Assembly: GCF_001447785.1 (NCBI RefSeq) | Contig: NW_015173680.1 | Location: 774,557-838,556 of the forward strand | Direction of reading: 5' to 3' | Length of the DNA stretch: 64,000 nt | Source: Gekko japonicus | Lineage: Eukaryota | Shown here: piece after piece, positions 33,501-44,100 of the stretch | Layout of the letters: the number at the start of each line of letters is the position of its first letter | Numbering within the stretch: the first letter of the stretch is position 1 | Position numbers and translations under genes: made by a program | The notes under the pieces: generated by a model | What the model saw: the letters and a program-made list of their open reading frames with translations, nothing else | What the model was told of the DNA's origin: nothing | Databases searched by the model: none

Positions 33501-36500
33501 CTCCTGTACAAGGTTCATGGAAATGAACTATTTGCTCTTGATGCATGCAAGAGAACTTCCCTGAGCAGTGTTGCCCCGAGGTCCAGCTTTGCAGCTGCTT
33601 CGCTTTGCTTCTGGGCATGGCTGCCTGTGAAACAGGAATGGGCTATTAATTTCCCACCCTGGATTCTTGTGTCCCTTCAGAAGCCCCATTCTGTCTGCAC
33701 AAAGTTGGGCCTCTGCCATTCCGAGCCCTTGGAGAGCAAGAACACCTTTGACACGCTAGTTCCTGTGGTGGAGCAGTTCTTTCAGCTCCTGCAAGGCAAA
33801 GCTCTCATCACACCCGACAGCCAGACAGAGGTAAGGACTGCTTCACTGTGCCAACCCTGCCAGATCTAGATGGAGGAGAACAAGTCTTCCTCCCCTAAGG
33901 CTAACCGTAATCATCTATGAGCCTAGGCATGAGTCCAAGGGGTGTGTCATGGCCCCTTGGTCAGGGCTTTGGCTGCAGAAATGTATTCCACAGTCTTCAC
34001 CTGCCTGGAATTATCCACTGCACAAGAAATGCAATGAGGAAATAGGATGATGGAGATCCTCTTGCCTACGACACAGGCAACAACTCCAGTGGAGAGGAGG
34101 AGTTCAGTGGGCTCAACAACAAAAAGCTAAGGCGGGGACGACGACGACGATACCCATCTGTGAGCCTGGCCTGGCCAGAGCAGGACTGTTCAGGCCCAAG
34201 GAGCCACAGCCCAGATGGGGTCAACAGGTCAAAAACCTTGCTGCTCTAGGGCGAGCAATGCACTAAGCCTGGAGCTGCTTCTATTTGGCTCTTATTGCTT
34301 ACATTTTTTCCTTTTCTTAGGAGAATCCAGGGGAGGAGCTTCCCATCCCCCTGCCTCTTTGTTGGTTGTGCAGATCTTTTGTGGGCAGGATTGAATCCTT
34401 GATCCCAAAGGTACGGGAGCCATTTTCCTTCTTACAAAACAGGCACAAGCTGGTGCAGAATTCAGCAGCCTGCGCATCTAAGTTTTCTATCTTAAAACGA
34501 CGACGATGGAGCTGTAACCCGACAGAATTAATCCTGTGAATATGCCAGTGGCACCTAGTAAAACCTTTGCAGGGACCAAGGTGCCTGGACTCCTTGTCTA
34601 TGGAAGAGGCAGATGGCACCCTCCATCACTTAGAGCAGAGATGGGGTTTCAGTACTCTGGCTAGTTCTCTGTGTACCACCCCCACACACACACACAAGCA
34701 GAAGCAGCGTAGTTCAAACCAATGAGAGAGAGGCACAAGAGTCTTGTTTATTCTTCATGCAGTGATGGAATTTCCCACCCTGTTCACCTGCACACTGTTC
34801 ACCTGCACAGGACACTCTGGGCTACCAAAGGAGGGTGTGGTTGACTGTAGGCCACCCCATCATGCTGTCTAGAGTCATTTGAAGTGGTGCTGAATGAGTT
34901 GTACAAACATGGACCTCTGCCCAGTGGTTGCAAGAACATGAGGTTCCTTATTTGGTCTGACCTATCGCAAGACCCAATAGGGTTGCCAACTCCAGCTTGG
35001 CAAATTACTGGAAATTTAGAAATGGTGCCTAGGGTAGGTAGAGTTTGGGGAGGGGAAGGAACTTGGCAGAGATGTGATTCCATGGAGTCACATTCTGCAG
35101 CTGACATTTCCTTCAGAGGAACTGGTCTCTGTAGACTGGAGATCAGCTGTAAGTTACTCTGAGAGAACTCCAGTCCAGGCCCCAACTGTAGGCTGGCAAC
35201 CCCAGGGTCCAGTCAAGATCTCTGGACTGAGACACTGGCCTGCCCATTAACTTTCATTCATGCTTGCTTTTTCTTCAGGCAGCAATTGCCAAATCCCTTT
35301 CGCAACTCTGCCGGGTTCTGCCAGCAGCCATTGGTGGAATGTGCCAGTGTTTGATGGAGAAATATACTGTGATCATTGTTGATTTGATCCTGGGCAAGCT
35401 GGGGCCACGGTTGATCTGCGGGATGATGCTCATGTGTGCCACAGAGGAAAACTGTGGTCCAGGTACAAGGCTACTCAAGATGACCTCTTTCTGCTCCTGA
35501 ACAGCTCAGTGATACATACACGTATGTTTCTCACCAGGCTGCTTCAAGCTAAGTGGAGACTCTCCAACCAGCTCTTTCTCATTGCCTGTTGCACTGGCAG
35601 TGCTGCTTAGGTCAGTGGTGCAGAGAAGGCAACAGACATGCTTTATGCCTCTCATCAATTCCCACGCCTGCACAGCCACCAGCCGAGTCCAAGATAAGTC
35701 CACGAGAGGCTGCCAGTGCTGCTAGGAATTGGCTTTCTCCAAGAATCTCTGGCCAAGCACAACCTGTCCCCCCACGTCATCTGCCTACACATCAGGATCT
35801 AAACAGGTTGATCTTGCGTTTATTCCAGCACCTGGGCCAAAAAAGGTTGCCTATGCCTGGAATAAGGTGTGATGACCTCCAGAGCGGCAGATGTAGGGTG
35901 GAAGGGGCTGCTTAAAACGGGCAGTAAACACAAACACAGACAGATGTTTCCTAAGCAGCACCGAAGATGCCAGGGCTTCCAGAGGGAAAAGGGCAGTGCC
36001 CGACACTTGACTGCTCTGGCTGTGGACCACATGGTTCTCTTCCTTCTTCTCTCAAGCCCCACTACTGCCCTTCAATCCTGGTGGACTGACTACTTTTGAG
36101 AGAGAGGATAACAGACATTTGCCAGAAGGCTCAAGACACATTTCTCACCCTCTTCTTGCTTAGAGGACTTTGCTAAGAAACCAGCAAGTTCCTTAATCCT
36201 CTCCACCCCCACCCCATGTTCATGGAATAGGTAAAAATCATTCGCTGGGGCTGAACAGCAGGTGGCAACCCATCATGTGCAGCTAAGGACATGGGAGAGA
36301 TGTCCCTTTCAGTATAATGGGCCAATCAGTTTTTCAGCACAGAATTTTTAAACAAAGAAGGGTGCCTTCAAAGTAGCTGTCACAGGTTAGCTGTCAGGGC
36401 TGAAATGCAGACAAGGCAGGTTGGGAGAAGAAACAGTTTTGCTTTGAGTGGGTAATTTTCAAGCTGCCTTGCAAGTTAGTACACACTGTGGCTTCCTCTC

Positions 36501-39415
36501 ACCAGAACGGTATGTTTTTCCACTGCAGAGATCAATCCAGGGTCACTCCCTTGCCAGGCCTGCCTCGCTGTCAGCAGCCACGTGAAGTTGTCCATCAAGG
36601 CAAACAGCACCCAGGCTGAAATAGAGGCAGCGTTGCTTAGCACCTGCAGCAGCACCTATCCAGACTGGCAAGAAGAGGTGAGTGGCCAAAGAGGGGAGAG
36701 AGCAAGCGTGGGCCCAGGACCCCCTGCCCACCAAAGCCCAACAATTAACAGGAGATCAAGCTGTTGCTGCTCAGGCAGTCTTTGACTTCATCATGGAAAG
36801 ACATTGTGGAATTTTAAGTGGGACAAGAAAAACTCCAGACAACTGGGGGGGGGGGAGAACCACATGACTGCAAACTTTCCATGTTTTCAAGGCATTCTCC
36901 TGCTGCGGGGCCGCAGGAAGGGGAGAGTTTGGCGCCAAGAAGAGGCTATTACACCTACTCACAGCTCTAGCTGGAAGGTGCTTGTTCATGGGAAGGCCTT
37001 GGCCTCTAGGCTCTATTTGTTGGCTCTCCAGGGGAACTGGTTGGCCGCAGTATGAAGAAAGAGGCTGATCGTCCGGCCCACCAGGGCTCTTATGTTCCTA
37101 GCTAAGGCACAGCAAAGAAAGGGGGCTCAGGTAACTCTTGCCCAGCCAAGTGCCATAGAGATCATATATAACAACAGTCTGCAAGCTGCCTAAAATCCAC
37201 ATACAGGCTGCTCAACATTACAAGAGAATGCATTTTTCTTTTTAAGGGGAGAGTAAGATAACTTGGGGAACCCTCCTCCAAAGGCTATATGTGAAAGTCC
37301 CTGCATTTGTTTTAGGCAGAGATGTCACCCTCTGTCCTCTCAAACACCTAAGAGGCAGGCAGTGCTAAGATGGGTGGTAGAAAATTCATCAATGTGGCAA
37401 GGCTATGGGTGGCACTCAGGCATTTGTAGTTATATTCCCTCCTGCCAGCAGAGTTTCCATTTTCAAGCTGAAAAGTGATCTGTAGAGGCAGTGAAATACC
37501 AACAACTTCTTCNNNNNNNNNNNNNNGGAAAGAGATGGATATAGGGTTGGATGCAGTCAGCTTTTCCGCTCAATCTCACCCAATTCCTCTCCATACAACA
37601 ACCCCTCTCCCACAAGGCTTTTGTACATGATGCAGGTTCTGTGATTCTCAGGGCAGCATAAGAGGTTGAAGACCACCTCCTCCTGTTTTCACTAGCAGAA
37701 AAGATGGTTTAATCCAACCCTTATTATGCTAAAGTTACTCCCTTATTCTTTTGCAGTGCAAAAGCTTTGTCCACCAGTACCAGTCAAAGTGGGCCATCCT
37801 GCTTGCAAAACCATGGAGCTCCAAGACGACATGCCAGGTATGCCAGGCCTGTTCACAACAGATGGCATCCTTCCAATACTTCTGCCTATCTGTAAATCCA
37901 GCTCTGATACTAGTGGAGATCACAACACAGAGTCTGCAAAGCATCCAGAGTTTTCTTAAGTGTATTTAAGTAGCAACAAGGAGTTCAGTGGGCAGGTGCA
38001 GGCACACAGTGTGGAATTTATCTGAGTAAAACCAGCTCTGTTGAGCTTGGCTGTTTCCTTAAATCAGTTCTCAGCAGACTTTGTACCAACAAACCTCATT
38101 CAGTCCCACTCTCTACTCCATTTACGGCATTTGTTCACTGACTTTCTCTATTAAGCATTCAAGGAAATGGGTAAGCCAAGTCAGGAAAAGGTCAGTTACA
38201 AAAGCCCTCAACTGATTTGCAAAACAATCCACGCAGAAGAGTAAAGCGCTGAGTAAATGCTGCTAGGACTCTTCCATTATGCTCACGTAGATCTCAGCCC
38301 CTAGGGATTATCAGCAACCAGCGGAAAGAGGGAACACTGCAAGCTGTTAACCACAAAAGGTCACCTAATAGGTCATGGACACCCTGGAGTGGTGTGACTT
38401 GGCTTAGGAAGGCAGTTCCAGTCTACAAGGCAACAGGACTATTATTTCTGCTAAGGCACGGGATTCCACTGACTTCTCTTCCTCCTGTTTGTTCTTTCTG
38501 ATCCTTGCTAACAGGAACTGGGTGCCTGTGTGGCTGAGGGGGGACTGTTTCCAGGAGATGCAGCATGTGCCCGGGGCCCTACTTACTGGTGCTCCAGTTT
38601 GAGTGCTGCTGAGCAATGCAAGGTAAGAACTACGTTTGCTTTGTAGGCAAGCAGTGTCTTAAAACAGTTGTGGCAAAGGCAAAACCACCACTGGCTGCCA
38701 AGATCATGAGGCACATGGCAGTTAAACTCATAGCCTGATCCTAGCAGGGCAGGCCCAGCTCAGGCTCTGTGGACACCATGCCTCTCACCTCTCTTCCCTC
38801 TAAAGTTTGTGTTTCATGTTTCTGTGACTTGATATTTTTTTTGTCATTACTCACTCCCCACCATGAGCCTGATGGTTGATGGGCAGCAGAGAAATCATTA
38901 TAATAAAATATTCCCCGCCTAGAAATGCTGCTAAAGAGATCAGGGGAACAGCTGGTGTGCCATAGCAGTTAAGTGTCAGACTATGCTGAAACAAGTGGGT
39001 TCAAACCTCTGCTGAACTGTGGAAGCTCAGTGGGTGACCCTGGGTTTATTGCAATCTTTCAGCATAGCCTACCTTACAAGGTGTTGTTGTGGGAATAAAG
39101 TAGAGGGAGAATGATGCAATAAACCACTTCGGGTCTCAGTGTGTAGAAAAGTGAAATATAAAAATAGGGCTGGGCCTACAGGGCACATGAAGCCTGTTAA
39201 AAGAACCATTTCTCACAAGTGAATGAATTTCAGCAGGCTTGGCTATTGATCTTTGAATGGCCACAGTGCAAAAGCCAAGCTAGAAGTGGACAAGTACTAG
39301 AAGTATCTCCATAGATTGTAGCCCCCATCACCCTTTTGAGCTAGGATCTAATTTCTCCCACTTTCTCATACTCTCCTAGGCTGTGCAACACTGCCAGGCT
39401 CACGTGTGGCTGTAG
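24062..39415 (+). CDS. SFTPB: Pulmonary surfactant-associated protein B preproprotein, 389 aa. Exons: 24062-24104, 29864-29997, 31244-31312, 33204-33329, 33681-33830, 34321-34410, 35279-35462, 36529-36677, 37757-37837, 38515-38622, 39380-39415
   Basis: All introns GT-AG and in phase (1170 nt). Signal peptide MLQLLLLALLYGGSALA, SapA domain (CAKGPTYSC), three SapB domains. The mature SP-B segment LPIPLPLCWLCRSFVGRIESLIPK|AAIAKSLSQLCRVLPAAIGGMCQCL...ICGMMLMC has Cys at 8, 11, 35, 46, 48, 71 and 77. C-terminal SapA present. ATTAAA at 39545. Convergent with USP39 as in human. Confidence 0.93.
24990..25190 (+). mobile_element. Older CR1 3' fragment in SFTPB intron 1
   Basis: GCCACAGGAGGTGGCGGC...AGAGGTCCATCTGTGGCTATTAGCCACAAGG; homologous to the 20870 and 25558 copies. 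Confidence 0.8.
25480..26247. mobile_element. Blackjack-like MITE split by a CR1 insertion (halves 25480-25557 and 26125-26247)
   Basis: Left end TAGAGTTACCAAC and right end GCTGGCAACCCTA; the internal family sequence resumes after the CR1. Confidence 0.7.
25558..26124 (-). mobile_element. CR1 LINE 3' end (5'-truncated)
   Basis: ORF 25775-26044 is the CR1 ORF2 C-terminus (MIKVYKIMHG...TRGHSMKL...WNSLPQEVV); (CATAAGAA)n tail at 25558-25580. Confidence 0.92.
26792..27010. mobile_element. Blackjack-like hAT MITE with TSD, nested in a SINE remnant
   Basis: TAGGGTTGCCAG / CTGGCAACCCTA TIRs; perfect 8-bp TSD ATCCCCAG at 26784-26791 and 27011-27018. Confidence 0.92.
28135..28159. repeat. (TG)n microsatellite
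   Basis: Directly visible. Confidence 0.9.
28181..28564. mobile_element. hAT-type MITE, 384 bp, with internal subrepeats
   Basis: CAGGGCT...AGCCCTG ends; 8-bp TSD CCCACAAG at 28173-28180 and 28565-28572; repeated ATTAGCATA and GCYACACCC motifs. Confidence 0.88.
29270..29580 (+). mobile_element. Degenerate L2-type RT fragment
   Basis: 'GFGPRFGTET' and 'CGLPQSSVVSPL' resemble the LINE RT motifs GFRPGHSTET and GVPQGSVLSP. Confidence 0.5.
30281..30509. other. Assembly gap (N run); smaller gaps at 37513-37526, 54599-54629 and 62753-62774
   Basis: N characters. Confidence 1.
32683..32921. repeat. Tandem duplication, ~120-bp unit, 2 copies, in SFTPB intron 3
   Basis: TATTTCTATATACCTGG...AAAAGTCTTCTTCTCCTCCTC occurs twice. 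Confidence 0.9.
34978..35204. mobile_element. Blackjack-like MITE (diverged) in SFTPB intron 6
   Basis: TAGGGTTGCCAAC...GCTGGCAACCCCA ends. Confidence 0.75.
38948..39163 (+). mobile_element. tRNA-derived CORE/Squam-type SINE
   Basis: GGTGTGCCATAGCAGTTAAG...GGGTTCAAACC...GGGTGACCCTGGG; similar to the SINE at 16885. Confidence 0.6.
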
Positions 39416-41169
39416 CCAGATAAGAATCCAGACACCATCGGGTGCTGGGACATGCTCCTGACCTCTGACCAAGTCACTAGGTTTCTTCCTGCTTATTGAT
39501 CATTGATGGGAGGCAGAATGTAAGAGGTCTGTGTACTCTTGAATATTAAAACTCATCTCAACAAGGTACTGCACTGACTCTTGTCCTTGAACTGTAAATG
39601 AGAACCGCATACTACGAAGGAACTGCTTCTCTCTTCGTGCTCAGAGATTATGGCATGAGGGATACTGAGCAGCAAATAAGGCTGGATGATGAGACTGCTC
39701 ACAGTGGGAAGAGAGGAAGGAAGGAAGCGGGGGAAGAGTGAAAATAAGCAGGGGCAGGAAGTTCTGGGGAAGCTGTAGGAAAAAAGCAAGGGCTATATAA
39801 TGGGGCCGGATCCCATTTTAATTCCCTGCATTCAACTTCCCCCCCTTCCCCTGCTGCATGAAACACCCCTAAAGTGCCACTCCTGGGGGGCAGGGGACCC
39901 CCCCTCAGAAGCAGCATAAAGGGGGAGGGTGTCACACCAGAGGGACAAGCAGCAAAAATCACCTCTCCCCTTGCACATGAGAACATTTTCCATGGGATCA
40001 AACCCAATATCATCCTACATCTCAGCACGGTAAAGCTTTTCTTTTAAGGTAACCCCTTGCCCCCCAAAAATCTGGACAGCTGCCCTCTCAATACTGGCAT
40101 AACTTCAAAGCAAGGTGAGAGCCATTCTACCACCACTCCAAAGGGGGGGAGGGGGGAATCCTTGAAGGGCTCCTCATACAAAGAAGAATGGCATGACTTG
40201 GCTTGGAGAACAAAGATATAATTCAGGGAGCCTAGGAATTCAAAGCAGTTCTCCATTAGGAATATTCTAGCTTTGATTTCCCACATTGTGTGGGGAGCTG
40301 GATTAGATGGCCTGTTAGGCTCTTTTGCTGAAAAACCAGGCTATGCCTGAACACCAACACAAAAGGGCTGGGTACCCACTAGTTACATCAAGAAATGCAT
40401 GCCTAGACCCTCCTTCCATTAGGGGCTGCTTGAGGAAAAGGGAAGAGACACACACTGCCTTCACAGCTGTTATCGCCTGGAGGACCACCTCTGCTGCAGC
40501 AGCTCATTCACAAGTGAAAACGATCCAGTCTTAGGATGTTAAATAGTCCTCTGCTGCAGCAGCTCATTCACAAGTGAAAACGATGTTAAATAGCTGTGGC
40601 TAGCAATACTGCTCCTGCTAGTTCATATGTTAGAGCTTGTAGGTTGGCCCACTCATGGACTTAAAGCAGAAATAGCTAAATCAATTGGAACTATCTAGTC
40701 CACAACATTCCTACGCAATTTCCAGAAAAATCAATTGTTTTAAAGACAGGCAATGTAAAAAAACATGTACATTTAATGCACAGACACAGAAATAACCAGC
40801 ACAGCACACAGGAAAGGTCCTCGCCAGTCAGCCAGCTTCCAGGGTGGTGCCAGAACAGATGTCTTCCCCAGGCAGGCCAACAAGATGGTGAAATGTGTGC
40901 AGTAAGCCATGTCCAAAGGCTGTGACCTCTTCTCTCTCACCCCGTGTTCCAACCCTACAGAGGCACCAAGGAGCCAAGAGGTGGGCTGAGGAAGGGACAC
41001 AACCAGCAACTAGAGGCTTCTAAAAGAGGTAAGCCCACCCTGCCCAGTTGCTGGCACTGGCAGCAGCTTAACTGAACGATCCAAGTTTAGACTCCTCAAT
41101 CTCAGCAGAGGAAATGATGAGCCCCGGCATTCTGCCTTCTTCATCCTCCAGTGGCTCTCACTTGCTGCT

Positions 41170-44100
41170 TCAAGCTCCTTGCTGGTTGGTCTCCTCTTCA
41201 TTATCTCTTCTCTTCCAGATCTACAGAAATAAACCAAACCTTATTCTAGTTTGGTGGCAGATTCTGAACCCACAGCAGCCCTCTTTGGCTGTATGCAAAA
41301 CTGCACTAACACAGCAATCCTAAAAACACTTTCCTGGAGTAATCTCCACTGAATAGGATTCTCAGCAGACCTGTTTAGGATTACTCTATAAATCTCCCAA
41401 TTGAAATGATATGACATGCAGATCAAATTCAGACTATTTGCTTAGTTTGTACACCGTATCCCAACAGCAATGTTTTCAAGGGCTGAACAGAATTTGGGTG
41501 GTGGGAAGCATACACACAGAGGGAAATGACAGGTACACACAGAGGGAAATGACAGGTGTGTATTGAGTTATCAGCTACCCTGGTATCCTGGCCGTTCTCT
41601 GAAACCCAAGGCCAAGCATCCCTGCCTCTCAACACAAAGAGGTCTGCAGTTGTTTTCAGTCAGTGCTTCAAGCAGGGGAACCACTTCTGCCTGTAGACTG
41701 GTCCCGGCTCTCACCTGAATGTAAGCCTCGGAGAGTGTGATCATCTGGGGGAGAATGTCCGTCACCTGCAAGTCTTGCAGCTCATACCACTTGCCTGTGC
41801 CCTGTCAAAGCCATAACACAAGGGATGAGGGTAAGATGTGGGCGAGCAAGGCTATGTGTGTGCCAGGAAAACAATAAGGCACAAGTGGTCACTCTGTCTG
41901 GACTGGAGATTTGGATCCTGAGTCCGGACATAGCAGCAGTACTTCATTACAAAGGCCAAGGTGTGGAATGGCCTTAAAAAAGTAGCTGAGGGCCACTGAA
42001 TGGGGCTAGGAAACAAAAAGGAGGTGAACTGCTTTGAGGGCAGAGTGCTCATGCACACAATGTGGTTATACTGCCAGGAACACTGCAATCCCTCTGGGAA
42101 AACAGGAACTGGAACTGCTAGGAGCACTACCTCTGATTGCAGGAGGAATTAAAAGCAAGCTTGAGCCAACTCACATGGTGCAGCACATGGATCCTGTATG
42201 CTCCTTCAGCTGGCTTCCCATCATGCACTATGTTTGCAATGAGGTCATAGGTTGTGTTCTTATGCACAGCCTGTACTTCCTCAGAGAGGTATTCCCGGAG
42301 ATCCACATTCCTGCAGCAGAAAAAGAAGAAACCATCAGGGCTCTGCTTTACCTGCTCTGCAACTATAAAACACTGCAGCTTTGCTTCTCACACAGAGAAT
42401 ACCATAAATCTGCACCTTTGGTAAGCCTCCCCTCCGGTGAGTGCCCCTACCCTATATACATAGGGTTTGTGCATCACAACAACCCTGTTCTGGCTGTGTT
42501 TCTGCAGGAGGCAGCAACAGCAGCAAGGTGTTGCGAGTACCACCTCCAGAATCCCCATGCACAGAATCTTAAAACACTTTGAATACCACTCCTGGTGGCA
42601 GCTTGGGGGTGTTGGGCAAGGAAAGGAGGAACTATTATCTGGGCTTCTTTCAGAGGTCTCAGCATCAGGGAGGGAAAGAAACCATCTTCAGAGGAGTCAC
42701 TGGCAGCTACAGACTTTGATTTGGCTAGTAATCCAAATCAAGTTGGTGGACTGACTCACTCTTACCAAGATCCTTCGGCAGAGCTCTCCTTTCTAACTAC
42801 AGGTACTCAAAAAAGCATGCCACACCCAAAAGTCAAAACTGCTAGCCACTACAGGCACCAGCAAAGCACTGACCAACTATTAGGAAAGGCTGGAGAATGG
42901 AAGACCAGCCAACCCCAGCTGCTAATCCTTACTGCTAAGGTCATTTGCCTCCATCATGCGAGAATCTTTATACCACTGCCGGAAATTATCAGGTGATATA
43001 GACACTGTGCATGTCGAAGGACAAGACCAGCCTCAATTTATAACCCATGGGATTTCTGAAGAGTACTTAAAGAGAGATCAGTCTTAAGATCCATGTCAAT
43101 GTAACCCTTTGACTAGCTAGATTTTATTTTCGCATTTCTGACTTGAACTCTTGAAATTAACTAGAAGCTAATCAGCAAATGCCTTCAGAGGTGACACTAA
43201 CATGAAGCCTCCACCCATCTAAGTCACCCAAAAAGCAACTTCAAAATTATCATCAGCCTCAAGGTTTATGACTCAGACTCCAAGTTCAGGAAAAGTCCAC
43301 TCCAACAAAGCCACATCATGTGGCAACATGGTGCTACCTACGTGATGGGGAAGTTGACAATGGTTGGGTTCTTCTCCACGAAAAAATTGTTCTTGGTGAA
43401 CCTCTTGATGCAGAAGATGAGGTAAGGAGGCAGCTTGGTGAGCTGGAAGCGCTTCAGGAAATTCTCCTTGTAGGTTTTATATTCCTGAAGAAAGCAATTT
43501 TTGCAGGTATACTGTCACCACACACACTCGCACAACTGACCTAGCCCCTCTCTCAGCCCCTTTTAGACAGAGATGAGCTAACCATGCTTAGGTGCAGAAT
43601 AAAGCCCTCGGTTTGTCAAAAGAAATGCACAGAAGAACCATCACAAGAGGAGCACGCTTACTCATTTTACAACATTAATGTGGGGTCAGACCTCATTCTA
43701 CATAATGGAGTATGAGGAAAATAACTGTTCTTTTTGTTCTGTGGGTAGAGGTACATGAAGTATCACTGGGTGCACATCTTATGGAAGGCCACAAAGTAGC
43801 CATAGGAAGCAAAAAGCACTAGTGTGCCAAAACAGAGAAGCACATGGAAGGTTCTTACATGGTAGCCTGTGGTGCTGGCTTGGCATTGTCCCATTAGGTT
43901 ACAAGGGGCTCCAGTGGCCAACACACAGTCAAGAGCACTGGGACAGCCTCCGCAGACCCTTGACAAGTCCCTATGGTTAGCCTTTGATCACTGCAAGACC
44001 ACCAGCTGCAAAATCAATCTAAACTTTGGTTTTAAGAAAAAGTATATCGCTTTTAAATTCAGAATAGAGTTACTTCTGAATCTTTCGAAAATGCATGATA

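Noticed and set aside
38521-38560. Apparent frameshift in SFTPB exon 10 at the G run
   Set aside because: A recount gives GAG GGG GGA CTG; the frame is intact into the SapA motif.
40488-40593. Small duplications (also 41515-41556 and 61950-62020) as functional arrays
   Set aside because: Two-copy slippage-type duplications with no evident context.
42034-42996. Plus-strand 182-aa and 133-aa ORFs
   Set aside because: Antisense to USP39 exon 11 and its introns; no recognisable domain.
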